DNA of 64,000 bases from Opitutales bacterium (lineage in GTDB: Bacteria; Verrucomicrobiota; Verrucomicrobiia; Opitutales; UBA2995). The notes beneath the pieces are model-generated. The model was not told the origin of the DNA and did no database searches. It worked only from the letters and a program-made list of their open reading frames with translations. Numbering within the stretch: position 1 is the stretch's first letter; every line of letters starts with the position of its first letter. Positions 27,235 to 35,580 of this stretch are shown piece after piece. Location: the NCBI GenBank assembly GCA_965250065.1, contig OZ252288.1, forward strand, positions 578,693 through 642,692. Reading direction: 5' to 3'. A program made the translations under genes and the position numbers.

Positions 27235-28524
27235 ATGAAACCCAGATTCAACCGATGCGGTTACCACACGATAGGACGCCGCCAATTTCTGCGTGCCGCT
27301 GGCGCGCTGATCGCTTTACCCACTTTGGAGAGCCTTGCCTCCCCGTTTGCCAAGGCGACAGCCTCCACTGGTCCTCGCAACTTGGTTTCTATAGGCACTT
27401 ACCTGGGCTGGCACCAAAACGCATTTTTTCCTAAAGAGGTAGGTAAAGGTTATCAACTTCTACCCATTCTCGAACCACTCGCCAAGCACCAGGACGACTT
27501 CACCGTTTTCTCCGGTCTCGACCATCGGGCGCCCAACGGGCACGGGGCCTGGAGCAACTTTCTTTGCGGAAACATCCCCAAAACCTATTCCCTGGACCAA
27601 ATAGTGGCCGACCAGATCGGGCAGAAGTCGCGTTTCCCATCTGTGCAGCTTACTGCAGGCACCGGCGGGGGCAGCAAGGCCATGTGTTTTACCAAGCAAG
27701 GTATTGGCCTTCCCATGATCCAACGTCCGAGTGTGTTCTACAAGCAGCTTTTTATGTCGGAGGCTGACAAAGCTCGCATGGAACACATGCTTCGCAGCGG
27801 AAAAAGTTCACTCGACCTGGTATTGAAGGACGCACTGCGTTTGCAAAAATCGCTACCCGAAAGGGATAGCGATAAGTTGGAAGAGTATTTTGTTTCCATG
27901 CGCTCAGTGGAAAAACGCATGTCCCATCAAATTGCCTCCATCAACGAGCCACTTCCGACGACGGATTACAAACTTCCGGAAACCGATCCGCTAACCCCCA
28001 ACCTCCTGATGGAGGCGGAAACCCTCATGTACGACCTGATGGCTCTGGCCCTTGAAACCGATTCGAGCCGCGTGCTTTCCCTCTTCATCGACGGCCGCCT
28101 GGGACAGGTTTTCTCCATTGACGGTAAGGTTCTCAAGAGCGGCTATCATGGGCTGTCTCACCACGGCAATGACCCTGAAATGATCAGGGACTTGATCGCC
28201 ATCGAAAGGACACACATGCATTGCTTCAACGGTTTTCTCCATCAGCTTAAGGCAAAGAAAAATGCCTATGGAAAATCCCTCTTGGATGATACCATTGTTC
28301 TGGTGGGAACGGGAATGGGTAACGCCAGTCGTCACTCCAACGACAACCTGCCAACCCTGGTGGCGGGAGGAGGTTTCAAGCATGGAAGCCACATCGCCAT
28401 TGATGCATCCAAACCCGATGCACCACTCCTCGGCGACCTGTATGTTACTTTGATGCAAAGACTGGGTGTGGAGACCGATTCCTTCTCCAACGCATCCCGG
28501 AATTTGAATCACCTGTTTTCCTGA
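27235..28524 (+). CDS. DUF1552-family protein with twin-arginine signal (complete paralog of 1-749)
   Basis: 429-aa ORF with GRRQFLRAAGALIALP. Its C-terminal 250 aa are nearly identical to the protein encoded at 1-749. Confidence 0.88.
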   Translation: MKPRFNRCGYHTIGRRQFLRAAGALIALPTLESLASPFAKATASTGPRNLVSIGTYLGWHQNAFFPKEVGKGYQLLPILEPLAKHQDDFTVFSGLDHRAPNGHGAWSNFLCGNIPKTYSLDQIVADQIGQKSRFPSVQLTAGTGGGSKAMCFTKQGIGLPMIQRPSVFYKQLFMSEADKARMEHMLRSGKSSLDLVLKDALRLQKSLPERDSDKLEEYFVSMRSVEKRMSHQIASINEPLPTTDYKLPETDPLTPNLLMEAETLMYDLMALALETDSSRVLSLFIDGRLGQVFSIDGKVLKSGYHGLSHHGNDPEMIRDLIAIERTHMHCFNGFLHQLKAKKNAYGKSLLDDTIVLVGTGMGNASRHSNDNLPTLVAGGGFKHGSHIAIDASKPDAPLLGDLYVTLMQRLGVETDSFSNASRNLNHLFS

Positions 28525-28931
28525 TGGGAAATAAGAACACGTTTGTTCTACTGTTCCTTTGCACGGCAGTTGCAAAACTGCACGCCTGGCAGAAGGCCGC
28601 TTTTCCGGATGGCGATTACCAAAGAGCCTACTCACCCACCGGACCCGGCAACAACGGTTCCCTTCGCGGAAAGAATGGCCCAAAGTGAACGCCCCAATCG
28701 ATTCCACCGGGGTCCTTCCGGATGGCACGCACATTAATGACATCACCGATTTCAAAGCCTGGCTGGTCGACAACATCGATATGTTCTCTCAATGTCTTGC
28801 CGAAAAGCTCATTATCTACGCAACCGGCCGAGCCATTCAAAATGAAGGACAGGTATTACCAAGTGCCGACCAAGCCGGGTCTGGGCGTCCACTTGGATGA
28901 GGGTGCAGTGGACAGGTACCGGCGCGGCTGA
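28524..28931 (+). pseudogene. Chimeric remnant: deleted DUF1592 paralog fused to the 3' end of an enolase-superfamily gene
   Basis: Matching segments:
- 28524-28585 matches 749-810.
- 28586-28617 matches 1768-1799.
- 28675-28828 matches 3088-3240.
- 28826-28931 matches 22246-22351.

The reading frame from the ATG terminates at about 28686. Confidence 0.8.
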
Positions 28932-28936
28932 TACCG

Positions 28937-30661
28937 TTATCGGCGACTATCAGCTCGTCTCAAAAACACATACATCGTACCTGCGATGGCCAACAACACG
29001 ATGGCCAGGGTAGCCAATATGCCCGCCTCCTGGCGATTGATCACGGTCAAGGCACCCATCACTACCGCAAGCATGGTAAGGCATATGGCCACCATTTTGC
29101 CAGGCAGGGTCGAAGATTTTAGCGCAGGCAATTCAGCGAAGGTCTTCTGTGTATCCATAACCCGCTGCCACCCGGCATGCTCGTGCTTTTCGAACAGCTC
29201 GAGACATACCAGAATAATAAAAGGAAATACGAGGCCCGCAGTGAGGTCCACTATCCGGGAATGGGCCGCAATCCACTCAACCAAGGGTCGGAGCATGGCA
29301 ACCTCGGTAAGAAATCCGTCCCTGGAAAGCGAAAGGCCGAATTTGATGATGTAAGCGGCAACAAAACCGATCAAAACGGTACTCCATACTGCCTTTAAAC
29401 CAATTTTGCGTGAAAACAGTCCCCAGATTGTGGGCATCAACATGGGCCCGTACAACAGGGTGTTGATGTCGATGATAAAACTCGTGTAACCGTACTGGGG
29501 AATGAGCAATGCTCCTGCAATGACAATGCAGCCGAGAATCACCGTCACGACCCGACCAATAAACACGAGTTGTTTTTCGGAGGCCGCCTGGTTAATGACC
29601 CGATGATACACTTCCGTAGTAAATGCGCCGGCAAATACGTTCAGTCGCGTCGTAGCCATGCTGGCTGTGGCGGAGGCCATGGCGGCAACCATCAGTCCCA
29701 TCATCCCGGCCGGCAATACCAATTGACAGGCCAGGATGTAAGCCTGCTCGGTATCGACATTCGGATCCAAGACCCGGAAAACCAGGGGCGGAAGCATCCA
29801 GAAGACCGGGCATACCAGGTACATCACCCCGAACAGGTAGGCGGACTTCTTGGCATCTTTTATCGTCGGCACACAGAGGTAACGCTGCACGAAGGTCCAC
29901 TCCGCGCCAATGACGCAAAAGTTTACCGTCATCCATCCCACGATAAACCACCAGGAAAAATCCGCCGCCACCGGGGCAGTAAACCCTTCCGGCGCTTGAG
30001 CCAAAAATGAACTCCACCCGCCAGCCTCGATTAAAATCAACGGAACGACAAAAACCACCGACACGGTGAGGATGACGAATTGCAATACGTCGGTCATCAA
30101 CACGGCCCAAAGTCCACCCACGAAGGTAATGATGATGACGATGACACACAAAGCCACGGAGGTGTAGGTAACGGAAAGATGTCCCGTGGCCGAATCGACC
30201 AGAAGGTGGCCTTCGGGCAAGGGTATCAAAGCGCAGACAATCTTGGAAAGAGCATAAACCGCTCCTCCCATGGTGAAGAGACCTACCGTGCCCTTGAACC
30301 AGGTGTAGAATTGCACGATGGATCCGCCAAAACGCAGGTGAAGGAATTCGGAAGCGGAATCGACGCCGAGCTTTCGCCAAAGACCGGCGATAAACCAACC
30401 AACCAGCATGGCGGCCACCCCGTAACCCAGATTTATAAAAATAGCTACCACCCCATATTTATAGGCGATTCCTCCCCAAACCACGAAGGTGCCCGCCGAG
30501 AACATCGTCATGAATCCCGAGAGTCCTGAAACCCACCAGGGTGACTGCCCTCCGGCTGAAAACATCTCCTTGGTGCTTTTCATCCGGCCAACAAACACCA
30601 ACCCGGCCCCTACGATACCGAGTATGTAGAGAACGATTACGATATAATCTACGCCTTGCAT
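28937..30661 (-). CDS. Sodium:solute symporter (SSS) family transporter (second copy)
   Basis: 574-aa polytopic ORF. Its N-terminus (MFSAGGQSPWWVSGLSGFMTMFSAGTFV) parallels 15550-17214. Confidence 0.85.
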   Translation of the reverse strand: MQGVDYIVIVLYILGIVGAGLVFVGRMKSTKEMFSAGGQSPWWVSGLSGFMTMFSAGTFVVWGGIAYKYGVVAIFINLGYGVAAMLVGWFIAGLWRKLGVDSASEFLHLRFGGSIVQFYTWFKGTVGLFTMGGAVYALSKIVCALIPLPEGHLLVDSATGHLSVTYTSVALCVIVIIITFVGGLWAVLMTDVLQFVILTVSVVFVVPLILIEAGGWSSFLAQAPEGFTAPVAADFSWWFIVGWMTVNFCVIGAEWTFVQRYLCVPTIKDAKKSAYLFGVMYLVCPVFWMLPPLVFRVLDPNVDTEQAYILACQLVLPAGMMGLMVAAMASATASMATTRLNVFAGAFTTEVYHRVINQAASEKQLVFIGRVVTVILGCIVIAGALLIPQYGYTSFIIDINTLLYGPMLMPTIWGLFSRKIGLKAVWSTVLIGFVAAYIIKFGLSLSRDGFLTEVAMLRPLVEWIAAHSRIVDLTAGLVFPFIILVCLELFEKHEHAGWQRVMDTQKTFAELPALKSSTLPGKMVAICLTMLAVVMGALTVINRQEAGILATLAIVLLAIAGTMYVFLRRADSRR

Positions 30662-30918
30662 GTCATTGTTCGCTCAATACTTCGGAGCGGGCTTCGAACC
30701 GGACGTCGGAGTCATTCCTAGCCAACCGTGAGCCGCCGTCGGGGTCATTCCTTTGCATCGTGCATGCCAATGCAGGATGCAAGGTTTGACCCCCTTCACC
30801 GCGACACTCAGCAACTCTTATCCTTTGTGTCATTGTCCCTTCGCACCTCAGCATCTTAGCATCTCTCCTTGACCCCTTTCTCCAGCGATGCCACAAGCCG
30901 CCGTCGCACTACCCAATT

Positions 30919-30990
30919 GCAGGAGGGGCTTTACGCCCCGATGAAAATGATTATTGGCCTGGAATCGCGGGGTAAACCCGCCCCTACAGG
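30919..30990. repeat. Double-hairpin inverted repeat, family H (imperfect copy)
   Basis: GCAGGAGGGGCTTTACGCCCCGAT ... ATCGCGGGGTAAACCCGCCCCTACAGG. It is related to the perfect copy at 48578-48650 and to a solo arm at about 3890-3914. Confidence 0.7.
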
Positions 30991-31005
30991 TAGGGCAAGA
31001 GCTTC

Positions 31006-31186
31006 CTAGCCCGCATTTCTCACAAAATTCGTCGCGAGCGAACGAAGATCGAGTGCTGGTGTGGGCTTCGGGCAGAGGCGCGGATGAAGCTGGGTCGACA
31101 CCCTGCAAAGTCGCGAATCCAGCGAAGTCCGCGCCAGCGCCGATATTTTGGAGCGCAGTAGAAAATTTGTGAGAAATGCGGGCTAG
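31006..31186. mobile_element. Family A foldback element, full copy 2
   Basis: 181 bp with 21-nt perfect TIRs CTAGCCCGCATTTCTCACAAA. The G-to-T variant is present in both arms. It lies between the SSS gene start and the enolase gene stop. Confidence 0.85.
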
Positions 31187-31246
31187 CTCTGCCGTCGAAT
31201 TTTCGAGAATGGGGGAAAAACTGTTCAACAAATTTCGAGGATGGGG

Positions 31247-32410
31247 TTATTTCTCTAGCTGCGAAATCATATCATCTGTAGGCTCTATTCCAATTCCAGG
31301 AGAGTCCGAAACACGATACAATCCTTTCCGACATTCAAGACCTTCGGTGATCAATCCCGTGTTTCGATTGAAGATGGAGTGTTGAAATTCATGACCGGTG
31401 ACGCCTTGGAGAGCCAAACTTGCTTGAAGACTGGCGGCCAGAAAAATGCCTGCACCAATGGTGGCATGGGGAAGTATAGAAATTCCTTGGGCATAAGCTG
31501 CTTTGCAGATGCGTACAAATTCCGTAATGCCGGTATGCCCCATTTCAGGTTGGACGATCTGCAGGGCATCGGCATCAAAACGAAGCTGGGCTTCGTAAAT
31601 CGTGCGCCACTCCTCCCCCGCACCGACCGGAGTTCGAACCGATTGGGCCACTTTGGCCAACCCCTTGATGTCTTCAGGCTGAACCGGAGCTTCCGCAAAC
31701 CACAACCCGTGCTCCTCCATAGCCTTGATCTCGGCAATCGCTCCTTCCGGGGAAAATGCCCAATGCAGGTCGCAGGCAATCAGGGCATCCGGTCCCAAAG
31801 CCGTTCGAAGCGCGGAAACTTCTTTAACGTTTCCCTCGTCAGCCACCGCGCCGGCAATTTTAAAGGTGTTGAAACCCTCAGATTGCCATCCCCTCGCGAA
31901 TTCCCTTCGCTCCTCCAAGGTCGGTTTCGGCAATCCGGAGACATACCCGGGTAGTGTTTTGCGCAGACGACCGCCCAAAAGTTCGGCAACCGATTTCTCC
32001 GCCTCTCGCCCGGCTGCATCCCACAAGGCGATATCAATCGCGGCCAAGGCATCCAGATAAAATCCTCCGGTGTAACCACGCACGCGCATCAGGTTATAAA
32101 GATCGTCATGAATTTCGGAGGCCTCCCCTGGATCGCGGCCGACCACGAAATCGGCCAGAAGATCGGTGATGATTTCGATAGTCGCGCGAGGAGCTACCAA
32201 ACCATAAGTTTCCCCCCAGCCGACTACCCCTGATTCCGTTTCCACTCGCACCAGGACCGTTCGGTCCCTATTCAGGTACACCGTCTTGTTTCCCTTGCGA
32301 ACGAAGTAGCCCTTTGGATTGACTTCTTCACCTTTTCGCAAGGCTCCAAGATAGGGTTCATCTCGAGGTACGGTCAGAATGAATGCTTCGACTTTAGCGA
32401 TGCGGCTCAT
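31247..32410 (-). CDS. Enolase-superfamily sugar-acid dehydratase-like enzyme (cytoplasmic)
   Basis: 387-aa ORF with no signal peptide. Motifs: VRVETESGVVGWGE, FKIAGAV, ACDLHWAF, FAEAPV, GAGEEW. Confidence 0.8.
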   Translation of the reverse strand: MSRIAKVEAFILTVPRDEPYLGALRKGEEVNPKGYFVRKGNKTVYLNRDRTVLVRVETESGVVGWGETYGLVAPRATIEIITDLLADFVVGRDPGEASEIHDDLYNLMRVRGYTGGFYLDALAAIDIALWDAAGREAEKSVAELLGGRLRKTLPGYVSGLPKPTLEERREFARGWQSEGFNTFKIAGAVADEGNVKEVSALRTALGPDALIACDLHWAFSPEGAIAEIKAMEEHGLWFAEAPVQPEDIKGLAKVAQSVRTPVGAGEEWRTIYEAQLRFDADALQIVQPEMGHTGITEFVRICKAAYAQGISILPHATIGAGIFLAASLQASLALQGVTGHEFQHSIFNRNTGLITEGLECRKGLYRVSDSPGIGIEPTDDMISQLEK

Positions 32411-33336
32411 AAATCAGCGGTTTTCAACGGAGCAATTTCAAAAAGACCTGAGAGAGACTCCAACTGGGCATTCAATTCTTCTTCATCAAAGCTATCGAAT
32501 TCATCGAGTCTTGCACGAACATAAGAGTTTTCAAGAACACCGCGCTTGGTGAGGACATATTTCGTCGAGCGCATGCGGTAAAGTAATTGGATGATGAGTA
32601 AAGGCAGGGTTTGCCTGTAGAGGAGTCGAGCCGTTGCCTCATTTCCATTCTGGTAGGCTTTCCACATTCTTACATGGAGATCTGTTACCTCCGCCGCCGG
32701 CATTGCTCCGATGGCGCCCCGGTTCATTTCGTCGATCAAATAGCGTGCTCCCCCGCCCCCAATGACTCCGGTAAGATGATCGGGGGCAGACCGTCTCAGA
32801 GCGGTGATCCTCGGACCGGATGGCAATACCTCTTCCTTTATATAATGAATCGCGGGCGATGCCTCAACAATCCTAACCAACTCTGCTGCCGCAAGCCCGG
32901 CCCCCACCGGGGCAGGAGCGTTCTGTAAAATAATCTCAACACCCTCGGTCAATTCAATGATGGACAAGATATACTGTAATGCGCCCTCAGGATCTCCGGC
33001 AAACCGATTGGATATCAACACCATCGCAGCCACAGCGCCCAGTTCATGAGCTTTCATGATATTGGATCCAATATCTTCGGTGGCGCCATTTCCACCTCCG
33101 CAAATGACCGGCACCTGGCCACCGGCCGTTTTGCAAACTGTTCCCAGCAATGCGTATTGTTCTTCGCTCGAGAGGTAGTCGTATTCACTCGCTACGCCTG
33201 GGAATACCAAGCCATTTGCCCCAGCTTTGATGCAAAATTGAGTCACCCTTGCCATGGCTGCATGGTCCACATTCCCGTCCTCTTTAAAAGGAGTGGGGAG
33301 AACTGGAAAAATACCCTGAAGTTTTGGTGAACTCAT
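32407..33336 (-). CDS. DapA/DHDPS-family class I aldolase (2-keto-3-deoxy-acid aldolase-like)
   Basis: 309-aa ORF. Motifs: GIFPVLPTPF, GLVFPGVASEYDYLSSEE, HYIKEE (Schiff-base Lys region). It overlaps the downstream enolase gene by 4 bp. Confidence 0.8.
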   Translation of the reverse strand: MSSPKLQGIFPVLPTPFKEDGNVDHAAMARVTQFCIKAGANGLVFPGVASEYDYLSSEEQYALLGTVCKTAGGQVPVICGGGNGATEDIGSNIMKAHELGAVAAMVLISNRFAGDPEGALQYILSIIELTEGVEIILQNAPAPVGAGLAAAELVRIVEASPAIHYIKEEVLPSGPRITALRRSAPDHLTGVIGGGGARYLIDEMNRGAIGAMPAAEVTDLHVRMWKAYQNGNEATARLLYRQTLPLLIIQLLYRMRSTKYVLTKRGVLENSYVRARLDEFDSFDEEELNAQLESLSGLFEIAPLKTADL

Positions 33337-33357
33337 TGAAAAAACTAAAAAACAAAT

Positions 33358-33571
33358 TTAACCTGGATGTCTCACTACCGCGCGAACGCGACACCCCGCC
33401 TACCGCGCGAACGCGACATCACCCTACCGCGCGAACGCGACATCACCCACTTCGTAGCGAGCGAAGGAAGGTCGAGTACTGGTTTGGGCATCGAGCCGAT
33501 TCGCGGGTGAAGCTGGGTCGACACCCTGCAATGCCCGTCGGGGTCATTCCTTGGCATCTTGCATGCCAATG
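33358..33571 (+). repeat. Long-form half of family A (TIR, 3 x 24-25 bp minisatellite, A core, G module)
   Basis: TTAACCTGGATGTCTCAC starts at 33358. CTACCGCGCGAACGCGACA.. units lie at 33375-33399, 33400-33423 and 33424-33448. These are followed by ...GGGTGAAGCTGGGTCGACACCCTGCAA and CGTCGGGGTCATTCC.... The region is a mirror image of 8640-8806. Confidence 0.8.
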
Positions 33572-33848
33572 CTAGTGTGGTGTAACAGAAATAACTTGGC
33601 ACATACGAGAGTGCCATGAATGGCCTGGCAAGGCTGCTTTTCGCAGCACGGGCCTGAAGGCCCTTGTGCGAAAAGCGAACACAGCCAGGGTGTTCATGCC
33701 ACCTCGCCCTACGGGCCGCGCCCTTTTTCGACCGATCAGCGTTAGCGCAGGTCGCCAGGGCCAAAAGCCCAAGCGACCTACGCCGCCTTGATAAGGCCGA
33801 AAAATTGCTGCGGTATGTGTATAAGGAATTTCTGTTACACCACACTAG
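33572..33848. mobile_element. Family B element, 277 bp with about 21-nt terminal inverted repeats
   Basis: CTAGTGTGGTGTAACAGAAAT at 33572 pairs with ATTTCTGTTACACCACACTAG ending at 33848. Solo B ends lie at 8442, 9970, 15060-15070, 22361 and 48348. Confidence 0.8.
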
Positions 33849-34030
33849 ATGCAAGGTTGTTATGTTGGTGTCGCTTTGCTCGAAACTCCCTATGCTCGTT
33901 GAGGTGTCGTCGCATCCGCTCCTCGGTAGACCCCTTCCCCGCCCTGAAAGAATCCGCAAACTGAACCAAGCGACCAGCGGGCTAGCTGGTTTCCCCATAC
34001 TGCATTTTAAACTACGCGACTGATGAGCAC

Positions 34031-35425
34031 TCATGGATCCCAGTTGACGGTTACCTTCTTCAATTCCTTTTCATCAAATTCTATACCGAGCCCGGGTTTT
34101 TCCGGGACCGTAGCGAAACCAGGTTCAAACTTGATAGGTTCTTTAAGGAGCACGTTTCCTCGGGACAAACCGACCTCGGTGGCATTGTGGATATTTCCGC
34201 CTTCCATGATGACGGCATTGGGTGTCGCCACCGCCAGATGAAGGGACGCGGCCACGTAGGGCGGCATACCGCTACTGACGTGTGGTGACCAGAGAAGGCC
34301 AAAGGTATCAGCCATATCGACTATCCTTTTACATTCCGTGATTCCGCCTGCACGACCCACATCGGGATTAATTATATCGGCCCCCTGCTTTAAAAAGAGA
34401 TCGCGGAACTGGAAGCGATTGGCATACGTTTCGCCCACACACACGGCCGTATCCAAAGCCTGGGCCAGTTTCGAATAGCCCAAGGTGTCTTCTGGCATCA
34501 GAGCGTCTTCAAACCAGCCTATGTTTCCGAGTTCGTCCAGTTTTCTTCCCACGCTGATGGCCTCATGCAATTTGAAGGCGCCCAGGGAATCAATCATCAG
34601 TTGACCCTTGTCCCCAATCGCTTCCGATACATTGGCGACCACATCAAATCCCTGGGAAGCGGATTTGTTGAATCCCATCTTTACTGCCGTGAAACCTTCC
34701 TCAATCGCTTGCCGAGCATCCTCGGGAGTACCCGCACCCTGGTAGGTCGGTATTTTATCCCGGTATTTTCCGCCCAGTAGTTGATAAACGGGTACACCTG
34801 CAAATTTTCCCAGTATATCCCACAAGGCAATATCGATAGCGGCAATCGAATCGGTGTAGAAACCGGTGGAATAACCCCGTAGCCGTTGACTGGAATAGAG
34901 CTTTTCCCAAATCGGTCCAATATTGCGGGCGTCCTCTCCCAGGACTATGGGAGCAAAGAAGTCGGTGATCAACTTGGCATGGACAGCGGGGGCCAAAGGC
35001 GCATGGGCTTCACCCCAACCGATAATCCCCTGATCGGTGGTGATTTTTACCAATGTGGTCAGAGAATGCCCTTTCGGCCGGGATGGGAAATTGTGGTTCA
35101 ACCGATTACGAATTCCCACCTGGTCGGTCATGGTCCCCAAGGGCGGCATCTCAACCGCTTCACTCAACGGACCATCCAGCATCGGTGCACTCGTAATTAT
35201 GGGCTCAACTTTACGGATCTTCAGCGCCCCGGTGCCGCGCCTGCTCTTTTCAACCTTTTGAGCGCCCATTCTCGAAAATGGAAATAAGGAAGATGCCGCC
35301 AACAAACTACCTAGTTTTAAAACCTGGCGACGCGTTCTCAACCTATTAACGGCTTCCATTGGATGTACGCTTTCAATACCTCGGGCATTGGTGGAGCCAT
35401 TGCGAATGATTGCTTTATCCCGCAT
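34031..35425 (-). CDS. Enolase-superfamily enzyme with twin-arginine signal
   Basis: Motifs: RTRRQVLKLGSLLAASSLFPF (Tat-like), GIIGWGEAH, VKMGFNKS, MIDSLGAF, WFEDAL, VGETY. The likely start is the internal ATG at 35359. Confidence 0.78.
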   Translation of the reverse strand: MRDKAIIRNGSTNARGIESVHPMEAVNRLRTRRQVLKLGSLLAASSLFPFSRMGAQKVEKSRRGTGALKIRKVEPIITSAPMLDGPLSEAVEMPPLGTMTDQVGIRNRLNHNFPSRPKGHSLTTLVKITTDQGIIGWGEAHAPLAPAVHAKLITDFFAPIVLGEDARNIGPIWEKLYSSQRLRGYSTGFYTDSIAAIDIALWDILGKFAGVPVYQLLGGKYRDKIPTYQGAGTPEDARQAIEEGFTAVKMGFNKSASQGFDVVANVSEAIGDKGQLMIDSLGAFKLHEAISVGRKLDELGNIGWFEDALMPEDTLGYSKLAQALDTAVCVGETYANRFQFRDLFLKQGADIINPDVGRAGGITECKRIVDMADTFGLLWSPHVSSGMPPYVAASLHLAVATPNAVIMEGGNIHNATEVGLSRGNVLLKEPIKFEPGFATVPEKPGLGIEFDEKELKKVTVNWDP

Positions 35426-35580
35426 ATTTTATGAAACACGCTCCAGCGCCGAGATTCCGGAGGGAAGTTGAAAATTCATGCAATATGGGGGTTAATAAGC
35501 AGGCTGCCCGTTTAAGAAGGACAGCCCGCCCAAACTACAAACAAACAATATCTTCAAGAACTACTATAAAAAATCGTCTC

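Noticed and set aside
30662-30720. Possible tRNA, because of a GGGCTTCGAACCGGA string resembling a T-arm.
   Set aside because: No acceptor stem, D-arm or anticodon arm could be built around it, and it lies in a spacer made of repeat modules. No tRNA or rRNA was recognised anywhere in the window by eye. tRNAscan/Infernal should confirm this.
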